IMG/VR virus record: IMGVR_UViG_3300046787_000302
Span: 64,001 to 128,000 of that record
DNA length: 64,000 bases
Direction: 5' to 3' (one strand)
Source of the DNA: a virus
Taxonomy: Duplodnaviria; Heunggongvirae; Uroviricota; Caudoviricetes
Shown: positions 1 to 10,200 of the stretch, piece after piece
Layout of the letters: each line of letters opens with the position of its first letter
Position numbering within the stretch: position 1 is the first letter of the stretch
The notes under the pieces: model-generated
Seen by the model: the letters and a program-made list of their open reading frames with translations, nothing else
Told to the model about the DNA's origin: nothing
Database searches by the model: none
Program-made: the position numbers and the translations under genes

Positions 1-1
1 T

Positions 2-1096
2 AACAGTCAGATGTTACGTTCTCAGAATGCTACATGGAACCAGCAGTATAACCCTCAGTTAAACAGAGGGGATTACTCGCAAGGACCTAGCTCATATGGT
101 TTGTTTAAACCAAATCAGATGTTTGCTCAACAAGGTATTGAAGTTCCTTTGTCTATGGACGAAGCAGCAAAGTATACAGTTGACTCTATTGATTCTTTAG
201 TTGGAGCAAATACTATTGGTATTGGCGCACCAGAGATACAACAACCTCAGTTTGCTCAACAGCAAATGCAAGAAGCTCCAGTACAAGAAACTACTGCCGC
301 ACCAATGAATGAGCCTGTTGAATCAACAGAGTCATTAAAAGATAGCATTGCATACAAAGAGAGTCGTGGTAACTATAAAGCGTTTAATCCAAAAGGTGGT
401 GGATCAGGAGCTGTTGGTAAATACCAGTTCCGTTGGGATCATAATAAAGACTGGATCGGAACTGTTACAGGTATTAAGAACAAGCAGTCATTCTTAAATA
501 ATCCAGAAGCACAAGAGAAAGCTTTTGATTACTGGGATCAGAATGTATTAACACCAAACGCACAGAAGATTAAGAGTCAATACAAGCCTAATCTTAATAT
601 AAATGAGATTAAGATGCTTATTCACTTCCAGGGACCAACAGGTGCTGATAGATACTTTAAGACTGGTAAGTATACTACTGATGCAGAAGGTACTACACCG
701 ATGCGTTATTTAGGAAAGAACATCGATACAAAGCAAGGAGTTAAAGCTACTAACTTAGACTCTAATCTTATGGCGTTTGTATCTAATATGGGCAACCGTT
801 TTCCAGGATTGACTATGTCATCTGGTAATGATAGCCAACACATGAAAGGATCAAAGCATTATAAGAACAAAGCTATTGATATTGGTGCTAACTCTTCTAA
901 TCGTCAGTCTTACAATCAACTAGCTAACTTCTTAGCAAAGAATCCAACCATCAAAAGTCAGTATGGTATAGAGGATATTATTAATGAAGGAGACCACTTA
1001 CATGTTGAGATGATGCAAAGAGGTGGTGAGTATGAACTTACAGCAGATCAGATCATGCAGATTAAAGCAATGGGTGGTGATGTTGAGTTCATCTAA
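2..1096 (+). CDS. Virion-associated peptidoglycan hydrolase (lysozyme-like + M15-type peptidase domains); 5' end probably outside window
   Basis: Frame is open from base 2, upstream of the ATG at 11. SIAYKESRGNYKA...GKYQF resembles a lysozyme/transglycosylase fold; H-x6-D (HYKNKAID) plus HLHVE resembles the M15 Zn peptidase signature. Confidence 0.65.
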   Translation, partial: NSQMLRSQNATWNQQYNPQLNRGDYSQGPSSYGLFKPNQMFAQQGIEVPLSMDEAAKYTVDSIDSLVGANTIGIGAPEIQQPQFAQQQMQEAPVQETTAAPMNEPVESTESLKDSIAYKESRGNYKAFNPKGGGSGAVGKYQFRWDHNKDWIGTVTGIKNKQSFLNNPEAQEKAFDYWDQNVLTPNAQKIKSQYKPNLNINEIKMLIHFQGPTGADRYFKTGKYTTDAEGTTPMRYLGKNIDTKQGVKATNLDSNLMAFVSNMGNRFPGLTMSSGNDSQHMKGSKHYKNKAIDIGANSSNRQSYNQLANFLAKNPTIKSQYGIEDIINEGDHLHVEMMQRGGEYELTADQIMQIKAMGGDVEFI

Positions 1097-1103
1097 ACCC
1101 TTG

Positions 1104-1142
1104 AAGTTTAGCTTGTTAAACTAGCAATATTTTAGTAAATTA
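1104..1142 (+). promoter_or_regulatory. Putative phage late-promoter motif, copy 1 (AAGTTTAG..TTAAAC..TTTTAGTAAATTA)
   Basis: Near-identical three-block motif also lies upstream of the 4348 gene (4300-4337); both copies are intergenic and precede structural genes. Confidence 0.45.
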
Positions 1143-1163
1143 TAGAGTAGATACTATATTATT

Positions 1164-4100
1164 ATGAAGAAGTATAAAGTTCGTATTAAAGCAGCACCAC
1201 AAATGAACTATGGTGGAATGATGCCAAGATATCAAACAGGTCAGGAAGTTCCAGAACTTACAGAAGAAGAAAAAGCAGCAATGCTTTATGGTGCACAGCC
1301 TGTGGTTGGTCCAATGAATGGTGCTGTAACTTTAGCTCCTACTGATGCTAACTACCCAGTTAATATGGCTTCTTCAGCTGGTTATCAAGGACCTAGTGTA
1401 TATGACTATCTAACATCACAAGGTAAAAAAGGCGATTACAACTCTCGTAAAGAGATTGCAAAGTCATTAGGTATACAGAACTACAAAGGTACAGCAGAAC
1501 AAAATCTAGCAATGCTAGAAGCTTTACGTGGTAATCAGCCACAAGCAAAGATCGTAAGTTCTGTTGTTAAACCATCAACTAGTAAGCAAGCTATTCCTAC
1601 ACAAAAGGCTTTGACTAAGAAAGCTGCTAATACACCACAGCAACATTCGTTACTAAACGATCTTACTAATACGTTGACAGGTTCTCGTTCATATGAAGAG
1701 TATTCTCAGAAGCATCCATACTTTTTTGATTTTATGGGTGTTGATGATAAGTCATCTTCTTTTGTTAAGGGTTTAGATGCAATACCTCATCATTTTGAAG
1801 ATGCTATTGCAAAGCTAGTTTATAATGGTGATCCAATGTCAGCTCTAGAGATAGGTGCTCTTATTGCTGGTAATAGATTTTTAGGTAGAGGTGCTAAAGG
1901 ACCAAAAGCTTTGCCTCCAGGACCTAATCCTCGTCTTTTAACACAACCTCCAAAAGGTGGTTTTACAATGCCAGGAAGAGGGGGTTTAGGTAACTTTACT
2001 TATGCGTTTGGTGGTGATCTTGCTGCTATGGCATACGGTGGTCAATACGGTCATAGTTTAGATCTTGGTTCTCGTGTCATTGATAATGAGATGGGTAAAC
2101 CAGATCCTTATGCTGTATCAGATACATTGCAAGCTGTGCCAAGAGATATGGCTAACTTAGAAGCTGAAAGAGGAGAAACTGCTTATGGAGATCTTGATGA
2201 TGATGGAGAAATGGAGCACTCAAAGATTGGTGGTAAGCGTCACTCACAAGGTGGTACACCATTGAATCTTAAGCCCGGTACATTTATCTATTCAGATACA
2301 AAGAGCATGAAACTAAGAGGTCAAGACTTAGCTCAGTTTGGTAAATCAGCATCTTCAAAGAAGTCATACACTCCTGCTCAAATAGCAAAACAGTATGAAC
2401 TTAATAAATATAAAGCTATCTTAGAGGATCCAAATGCAGATCCGTACCAAAAGCGTACAGCTGAGATGATGATGAATAACAATAAGTTCAAGCTTGCACA
2501 ACTAGCATTAGCTCAAGAAGGTAAGAAAGGATTCCCTCAAGGTATTCCTCAAGTTGCTTTACCAGCACTTCCTCCTGAGTTAGCTGAACAGCTACTTGGT
2601 ATGCAAGAACAAGAAGGAATGGAACGTGAACCTGAAGGTGCAGAGTATGCAAAGAAAGGTGGTTCAACATTCTCTGGTAATGCATGGTATCAACAAGGAG
2701 GTATTCAAATTGATCCTGCAAAGAAAGGCACCTTTAAAGCTCAAGCTACTCGTATGGATATCGGTATTCAAGAAGCAGCTGCACATATTTTAGCAAACAA
2801 AGATCAGTATTCCCCAGAGATGGTTAAGAAAGCTAACTTTGCTAGAAACTTTGCAAAAGAAGAAGGTGGTCTTATTGAGTATCAAAAGCGTGGTGAAGTT
2901 CGTTATCCTGTATATTCTCCAAACGACTTTAATGTCTTAGGAAACTTAGGACAGAATAATACTATTGGTATGCCTAGCAATGCTCGTTACCCTGGTACAT
3001 ATCCTGCAATGCAGAGTAAGAATAAAACTGGTGTATATGGAGAAGAGAGTTGGTGGGATGCTGCACATCAAGCAGATTTTGCAAAGAGACATCCTGACTT
3101 TATTAACAATGCAACAAACTGGGATCCAAGAACTCCTGGTGCTGCATTAGCATTCCAGAAAACAGTCAACCCTCAGTTAGTAGCTGCAGGTCTTTCACCT
3201 ATTCCAGAAGATGATAAGTTTGGTGAGCGTACATATAGCGTTCCTTCACTAGCACCTTTTAGAACATTAGGAGTTAGACAGCCACAAGCAATGCCTGTGA
3301 ATATGCCTGCACCATCTATTGATGCATACGATTTCTATAGAACTCAGTATGAGAACTCATTAAAAGATACTAATCAAGAGACTGCTGCACCAGCACCAGC
3401 TGCTGCTCAAAAGCAAGTTGCACAAAAACAAGTCAGAGATCCTCGTACTGGTATGTTAATGCCTGATAAAGCAGCCTTATTACAAGGTTTGTTTACAAGA
3501 GCTGGTATTCCTACTTTGACTCCTTTTGTACAAGCTCCTGACTATGTATTGCCTGAGACAGTATTTGCTGATCCTACAAGACAATACGCTGCAGTTGCTG
3601 AACAAGCAAATATGCAAAACCAAGGATTACGTACATTTGGTAGACCACAAGCTAACTTGGCAGGTGCTAGTCAGATTGCAGGTAAACAACTAGAAGCTAT
3701 ATCTAATATTGGTGCACAAACTAATATGCAGAATGCTTCTATTGCTAACCAAGCTAATGCAGTTAATGCTGCTACTATCAATCAAAACATGGCAGCACGT
3801 GCACAAGCAGCAAACATGTTAGGTGAGATGAATAATAAGTATAACTTAGAAAACTTCTCAATGCGTGATGCTGCAGATAAACAAATATTAGCTGCATATC
3901 AGAATGCATTTTCAAACAGAGCTAAGGTAGATGCTTTAAATAAAACAAGTCCTTACTTTACTATTGATCCACGCACAGGTCTTCAAGTACAAAAAGCAGG
4001 TGTTGATATTGCTAATCTAGCTACAAATGGTAAACCAACAGGTGATTCAGATCCGTTTAAGCAATACATGGCGTTAAAGCAAAGAGCTTTAGATTCAGGT

Positions 4101-4292
4101 ATGAATGAGAAAGAAGCTGAGGATTATATCAAACAACTTCTTGGTGCTAATAAAACAACTAGTACTTATGGATCATCAGGTGCATTAGATAAAACAGCAA
4201 TAGTACAAAGACAAATGCTGGCAGGACTTGCTAGTTTATTTCCAAATGCAGGTGCATCAGCGTATCCTTTTTCAGGACAAGGGTTTGAGTAA
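1164..4292 (+). CDS. Large modular virion/cargo protein, crAss-like
   Basis: 1042-aa ORF. DUF3597-like module (SVYDYLTSQG...YKGTAEQNLAML), EAERGE...KRHSQGG...FIYSD module, and IQIDPAKKGTF...ANFARNF module that I recall from crAss-like structural genes; Q/N/A-rich C-terminus. Confidence 0.6.
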   Translation: MKKYKVRIKAAPQMNYGGMMPRYQTGQEVPELTEEEKAAMLYGAQPVVGPMNGAVTLAPTDANYPVNMASSAGYQGPSVYDYLTSQGKKGDYNSRKEIAKSLGIQNYKGTAEQNLAMLEALRGNQPQAKIVSSVVKPSTSKQAIPTQKALTKKAANTPQQHSLLNDLTNTLTGSRSYEEYSQKHPYFFDFMGVDDKSSSFVKGLDAIPHHFEDAIAKLVYNGDPMSALEIGALIAGNRFLGRGAKGPKALPPGPNPRLLTQPPKGGFTMPGRGGLGNFTYAFGGDLAAMAYGGQYGHSLDLGSRVIDNEMGKPDPYAVSDTLQAVPRDMANLEAERGETAYGDLDDDGEMEHSKIGGKRHSQGGTPLNLKPGTFIYSDTKSMKLRGQDLAQFGKSASSKKSYTPAQIAKQYELNKYKAILEDPNADPYQKRTAEMMMNNNKFKLAQLALAQEGKKGFPQGIPQVALPALPPELAEQLLGMQEQEGMEREPEGAEYAKKGGSTFSGNAWYQQGGIQIDPAKKGTFKAQATRMDIGIQEAAAHILANKDQYSPEMVKKANFARNFAKEEGGLIEYQKRGEVRYPVYSPNDFNVLGNLGQNNTIGMPSNARYPGTYPAMQSKNKTGVYGEESWWDAAHQADFAKRHPDFINNATNWDPRTPGAALAFQKTVNPQLVAAGLSPIPEDDKFGERTYSVPSLAPFRTLGVRQPQAMPVNMPAPSIDAYDFYRTQYENSLKDTNQETAAPAPAAAQKQVAQKQVRDPRTGMLMPDKAALLQGLFTRAGIPTLTPFVQAPDYVLPETVFADPTRQYAAVAEQANMQNQGLRTFGRPQANLAGASQIAGKQLEAISNIGAQTNMQNASIANQANAVNAATINQNMAARAQAANMLGEMNNKYNLENFSMRDAADKQILAAYQNAFSNRAKVDALNKTSPYFTIDPRTGLQVQKAGVDIANLATNGKPTGDSDPFKQYMALKQRALDSGMNEKEAEDYIKQLLGANKTTSTYGSSGALDKTAIVQRQMLAGLASLFPNAGASAYPFSGQGFE

Positions 4293-4299
4293 ACCACAA

Positions 4300-4337
4300 A
4301 AGTTTAGTTTTAAACCTCATACATTTTTAGTATATTA
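4300..4337 (+). promoter_or_regulatory. Putative phage late-promoter motif, copy 2 (AAGTTTAG..TTAAAC..TTTTAGTATATTA)
   Basis: Matches 1104-1142 and ends 10 nt upstream of the ATG at 4348. Confidence 0.45.
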
Positions 4338-4347
4338 GTATTGTATT

Positions 4348-7206
4348 ATGGCATCAATAACACCATATCCTTCAGGTAACAGTGCAATAGCGGCTCTTCC
4401 GTTATACACACCTGATTTCTCAACAATCGCTGCGGATCTTCAGAAACGAAATGCGTTGTTTGATCAAGGATTAAACCAGATCCGAAGTTCATATAATAAT
4501 ATCTTATCTGCTCCATTACTAGCAAAAGGTAATGCTGAAGTTAGAGATGAGTATATCAAGCAAGCACAGAATAAGTTAAAAGAGATATCTTCTATAGATT
4601 TATCTCAACAACAGAATGTGCAATCTGCAGAACAAATCTTTTCTCCTTTCTGGCAAGATCAAGAACTTTTACAAGATTATAGTAAGAGTAGTCAGATATT
4701 AGCTAATCAAAAGAAAGCTGCAATGTTTGCAGAGTCATCTGATCCAAAGGTTCGTGAACAATTCTGGCAAACAGGTTTAGACTATGTTAATCTAGCTGCG
4801 TTTGATATGCAGAATGCTAGTCGTGGAGATGGGTCTATTGGTAAAGTAAGAGTTAATAAGTACGTACCATTCTTTGATGCCATGAAAGCTCTTAATGAAA
4901 GAGCGAAAGATATGGGATATAAGGTTGAGATGGAATCGAGTGATCCAACCGGTAGACTAAAGATTAAAACAATAAACGGAGATAAGTCTGTTCCTTTACA
5001 TACTGAGTGGGCATACCAGCAGTTAGCAACAATGCCTCAAGCTCAAGAGATCTTTAAGGTACAAGGTGCTGTTAACTTTAAGAATCGCCTTAATCAAAAG
5101 ATTAGCGAAGGTTTAGATGAACAAACTGCTCGTGCTGAAACAGCGAAAGAGTTTATTGGTAATGAATATAAAGCTAACTTTGAACAACAACAAGAGGTAT
5201 TTGGTCGCGTAAAAGAGATCAAAGATAAACTTGATGCAAAGAACGCAGCTAATTCAGCTAACCCAGCAGCAATTACTCCTGCAGAATTAAAAGAGTTTAA
5301 GTCTTTATCAGATGAGTATGCTGGTTTAACTCGTTCATTAGCTGACTATGATAAGAAGGTAGGATATCTTGGTAACAAAGATTCGAAAGAATATCAAGAT
5401 ATGTATGATCATATTACAAAGGGTGGTGAAGCATACTTTGCTGATATTGCAAAGAATGGTTTTGTTAGAAACTTTGCTAGATCAAAAGCAGCAGGTGTAT
5501 CAATATCATCAGATGTTGATCCTTTGTACAAAATGCAAACTGAGCTTGAGATTCTTCAGTTAAAAGCTCAGAACGATCTTACTAAGATTGCTTATAAAGA
5601 AAGCTTTGACGGTAAAACATCTTCTGGTGGATCTGGTAGTTCTGGTAGTACATCAGCTGGTGGAGCAGATACTTCTCCTTCTGATATCAATACACCAATG
5701 AGTGTTGGTCTTAATGTTAAGGGTAACGATCCAATGCAAGCTTATGCAAGATTGCAGAAAGTAAAGATTGATAAGTTAAACTCAATAACTGATGTTACGT
5801 CTAGTATCATTACTACAGCATCAGCTTACAATACAGATCCTAATAAAGTTAAACCTTCTGCTTCATATGTTAATGCATTAAACACTGCATTAAAGACAGG
5901 TGTAATGCCAAAAGGAGACGAGTATGTTCAAGAGCATAAGCGTTTACAAGATGCTGGTTTAATCCGTAAAGATCTTAGTTATGGAGAAGCTCCTTCTCTT
6001 GTTGCTAATGGTTTATACAAGAGTGCTGAAACTTTCTTATTAGAGAAAGCTAGAGTAGGTGATTTATCTTCTTCTGATTTTAGTAAGATCATTAATCATC
6101 ATTTAGCAGCAGCTGACTTCCAAAAGATCATGGAAGTTGAAAAAGATGTTGCTGGTAATATCTTAAAAGATCCTAGCTTTGCAGGTGACTTTGTTAAGAA
6201 TGGCAAGCTAATGGCAAAGGCAGACTATCTAAAGTCTAAGTTTGGTTATAGTGATCCTGATAAGTTTGCAACTGCTTATACGAAAGACAATACTTATATT
6301 TACTCTGGACCAAACAGTTCTCGTGCAGATGCTTATGCTATTGCAAAAGATCGTATGAATGCTGCTGGTAAATCATATGATGAGTTTGAGAAGAAAGTAA
6401 GTGCTCGTATGGGTACATACATGCAGAGATACCTTAACGATGAGGGTGCTTTTATAGGACCTATGTTAATGTATAGAACAGATCGTACAAAAGAACGTGA
6501 TGTTGCTCAAGAGATTGCTTTGCAAACAATGACAGATGACAACCTTAGAGATACAAACTTCTTACCAACAAACGTTAATGAGTTAGTATCAAAAGGAGCA
6601 GACAAAGATCAGCTAAAAGAGATTCTTCAGGTTACTAAAAATGCTGCAATAGAAAACGTTATTGACGGTGTTGGTCTTACAAAGATTGGAACTACTGGAC
6701 AACCAGGAGTTAAGATTATGTATAATCGTGAAGAACTTGTTAAGTTACTTGGTGGAGAAAAAGCTGCAGTTAAGTATAAAGATACTATCAATGCATTAAA
6801 CGATGGCATGGAAGTATCTGTAAAACCTGGATCAGTAGCTAAGTTTAATACAGAGTGGCAATCTTCAGGTATAGACTTAATCAGTTTAGATAAATACGGT
6901 CAGATAAAATCTCCAGAGATACTCAACCAGTTAGGTCTTAAGTGGAATGTAACAAAAGATAGTGCCGGTAATCAAATGCTTGCATCAATGTCATACGAAC
7001 AAGTCAATAAAGACGGAAGTCGTTCAATGAAGCATGAGAACTTTAGTTTACCAATGGGTACTAGTATGGAGCGTATATCAGCAAAGTTTAATGAGACTGC
7101 CCTTAGTATGTATAATGCAAAGCAAAAAACTTTATCTCAACTAGGCTTAGGTTCTTCAAATGCTTCTTGGGAAGATATGAAGAGAGCCAACGGTATTAAT
7201 TATTAA
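4348..7206 (+). CDS. Large virion/ejected protein (952 aa), function unknown
   Basis: Long ORF, helical/coiled-coil N-half, Gly/Ser linker (GSGSSGSTSAGG), located in the operon leading to the virion RNAP. Confidence 0.6.
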   Translation: MASITPYPSGNSAIAALPLYTPDFSTIAADLQKRNALFDQGLNQIRSSYNNILSAPLLAKGNAEVRDEYIKQAQNKLKEISSIDLSQQQNVQSAEQIFSPFWQDQELLQDYSKSSQILANQKKAAMFAESSDPKVREQFWQTGLDYVNLAAFDMQNASRGDGSIGKVRVNKYVPFFDAMKALNERAKDMGYKVEMESSDPTGRLKIKTINGDKSVPLHTEWAYQQLATMPQAQEIFKVQGAVNFKNRLNQKISEGLDEQTARAETAKEFIGNEYKANFEQQQEVFGRVKEIKDKLDAKNAANSANPAAITPAELKEFKSLSDEYAGLTRSLADYDKKVGYLGNKDSKEYQDMYDHITKGGEAYFADIAKNGFVRNFARSKAAGVSISSDVDPLYKMQTELEILQLKAQNDLTKIAYKESFDGKTSSGGSGSSGSTSAGGADTSPSDINTPMSVGLNVKGNDPMQAYARLQKVKIDKLNSITDVTSSIITTASAYNTDPNKVKPSASYVNALNTALKTGVMPKGDEYVQEHKRLQDAGLIRKDLSYGEAPSLVANGLYKSAETFLLEKARVGDLSSSDFSKIINHHLAAADFQKIMEVEKDVAGNILKDPSFAGDFVKNGKLMAKADYLKSKFGYSDPDKFATAYTKDNTYIYSGPNSSRADAYAIAKDRMNAAGKSYDEFEKKVSARMGTYMQRYLNDEGAFIGPMLMYRTDRTKERDVAQEIALQTMTDDNLRDTNFLPTNVNELVSKGADKDQLKEILQVTKNAAIENVIDGVGLTKIGTTGQPGVKIMYNREELVKLLGGEKAAVKYKDTINALNDGMEVSVKPGSVAKFNTEWQSSGIDLISLDKYGQIKSPEILNQLGLKWNVTKDSAGNQMLASMSYEQVNKDGSRSMKHENFSLPMGTSMERISAKFNETALSMYNAKQKTLSQLGLGSSNASWEDMKRANGINY

Positions 7207-7231
7207 TAGTCTTTAACGAAGCAATACAGTA

Positions 7232-10200
7232 ATGGCAGAAGAATATCAACCAATAGCAGCTTCAGGTGCACCGATTCCTGAAGTTGATTTGGCAGCCTTA
7301 AATCCTACAGCAGCAATAGATCCTTTAGCTAACCTGCAACAAAGCATGGCTATTGGAGAATCTGATCGTATAGTTAGAAACTCTATCGCAGATCTTAAGC
7401 AAAGCTTGTCAACTCCGACAGCTGATGAAATGCTTCGTCCTATTGGTTACGATCCTATTGAGACTAATCGTGACAGATATGTTAACTCTGATTATTTTGG
7501 AGAGTTAGGTTTTAATCCTTTTAGTAATAACGAAGAGATCTATGGTAATGCACAAACTAACTTTAATAAGTTAAAGAATGCGTTTACCGGGATGGGTGCT
7601 TTAGCTTGGCATCAAGCAGTTGATCAGTTTAAAAGCTGGGGTAATACCTTTGATGTATTAGGTACTCAAGAGATGAGCAGTGCTTTTCAGCAAGCTGAGA
7701 TGGAAGAGTTATCTCGTCGTCAGAATGAGATGCTTAATGCTAATCCAATATTTGAGACACAAGCAGATAGAGAGAGCATCTTTAACTTTAACACTATTGC
7801 AAATACTGTACAGCAGTCTGGTTTTGCAGTTGGTGCTATTGCTGAGATTGCAGCTGAAGAAGCAGCATTAACTTATTTAACTGCTGTTACATTTGGTGGT
7901 GCTAGTGAGTTACAAGCCGCTCGTACAATAAAACTTGCTAGTAATATTGGTAAAGCTGCTCGTAGAACCGCTGAGTTATCTGAGAGTATTAACAGTGCTT
8001 CAAACATGCGTAAGGCATTTAATGCAGTGCAGAAAGCAGCACAGTTAATAAATCCTGTTGATAACGTAATGGAGTTTGCATCAGGCTTTAAAGCAATGCG
8101 TAGAGCTGATGAACTAGCTTATGGTGCTACAAAAGTATCATCATTACGTACAGCAGCTAGAGGCTTTGGATCTTTATATAGAGATGTTAGAGAGTTTAAC
8201 TTAGCTGTATCTGAAGCAAAAGCTGAAGCAGCTGGTACTTATACAGAGTTATCAGAACAAATGACTGATAACTTTGAGACTAAGTATGGTAGAAAACCTA
8301 CTGATCTTGAGTTAAAAGATATCAATGATGAAGCATTAAGAGGAGCTCAGTCAAATGGTGCTGCTAATACTGCTCTTATCTTGATGTCAAACAAGTTAGC
8401 TTTTGGTAATATCCTTAAAGGGTTTAAGCCTTTACGCTACATGATGGATGAGGATATCATGAAAGGCTTAGCTGTAGTATCAGATAAAGATGCATTAAAG
8501 CTTGGTAAGAAAGTAATTGAAGCTGGTGATAACCGTTGGTTATATTACAAGAATGCAATCGTTAGTAATCCATTAAAGTATCTTGGAGCTAACTTATCAG
8601 AAGCTTTGCAAGAGAATGCTCAGAGTATTTCAAACGATGCTGTTAAGTCATGGTACATGGCTAAGTACAACGGTCAAGAGCTAGACTCTAAGTTTGATGC
8701 TATTCGTGAAGCAGCCGGCAATCAGTTTACTACTGAAGGTGCAAAGACATTTATATCTGGATTCTTTACAGGAGGCTTACTTGGTGCAGGATCAAAAGCA
8801 TTTGAACAAGCAGGTTCTATACAACAATACTTTACAGATAAGAAAGGTTACGAAGATCGTAAAGCAAAAGAACAAGCTGCACGTACATCAGTAAAGAATA
8901 CTGTTAATCAGATTTATGCTAACCCTCTAAGTTATAACTATAACAAAGATAATGCTGCTGCCCAGGCCAACTTTGCAGCAATGTTAAAAGAGTCTGCGAT
9001 TAATAAAGACAAGAAAGCATTCAATGATATACAAGATGACGCAACTCGTCACTTTATACTTACTGGTATTAATACTGGTATGCTTGATTTGTTAAACGAT
9101 CGATTAACTGATTACGTAAAGAACTTAAACGAGAACGAGTTTACTGAAGCTTTTGGTGTTGAATACACAAAAGAGAATCATGCTGACATGGTTAAGCAAA
9201 CTCAGGTATTTGCTAAAAGAGCTGAAGAAGTAAAAGAGATTCACTCAAAGCTTTCTTCTGATTACGCTAATCCGTTTAATCCGGGTAACTTCAAGCATGG
9301 TACAAAAGAATACATAAAAGAAGCTATGAGTCATGTTGCTTATAAAGAAGCAATCAATCAGCTTACTTTTATGCAGGATACTTATAACCGTGCAATTACT
9401 CGTCAGCAAGAAGTATTAGACGGCATAAAGACTAAACCTGGTTTTGAAAACGTTGGGTTTAATGATATCTACAGTTTAACATCGATAAGTCACTTAGCTA
9501 ACGAGATAGATCTTTTAAGAAAAGAAGTAGAAGCTACTGAAGACAAAAAGATCAAAGCTGAGAAAGAGAAGAAGATAAAGCAGTTAGATAAGTATAATGA
9601 CGACTTGATCTCTTACTTAGATAAAGTAGATGAGATTAATGCAAACAAAGAGCTTGATCCAAAGAAGAAGTCTGAAGAGTTAACAGCTGCTTTAGATGCT
9701 TTCACAAAAGAAGCATTACCAACATTTACTTCTCAGATTAACGATCAGTTAAAAAAGGCAGGTAAACAACCAGTACAAGATAATAGTGCTCGTGCTGCTT
9801 TTGAAAACTTAACTGATTACTTCCATCTACAAGGAGATCATGAAGCTCTTTTACAGAACATCAACTACATTGTTGACCCAATAAACTTTTCTGAGTATTT
9901 AAACCGTCACAATGAAGAGATGGTGAAGTACTTCGAAAACAAGATGAAGGTTGATAAGAAGAACGAGAAGGAGAGAGCAAGAGATAAAAGAACTGCTGAA
10001 GATGCTTTATCTGGGGCAGTAGTTCCGGAAGATGGAGAAGGAATAGATGAGTCAGATCTTACTGAAGAAGATGATTTTGAGACAGAAGTACCAAACGGTG
10101 GTAGTATCAATGTTGAAGAACTTGTTAAAGAGTTAAAAGACGCTTATGCTGCTGTTGTTAAGTCACAACTAGAAATAGTTAGTGATTTTGAAGGTAGTAG

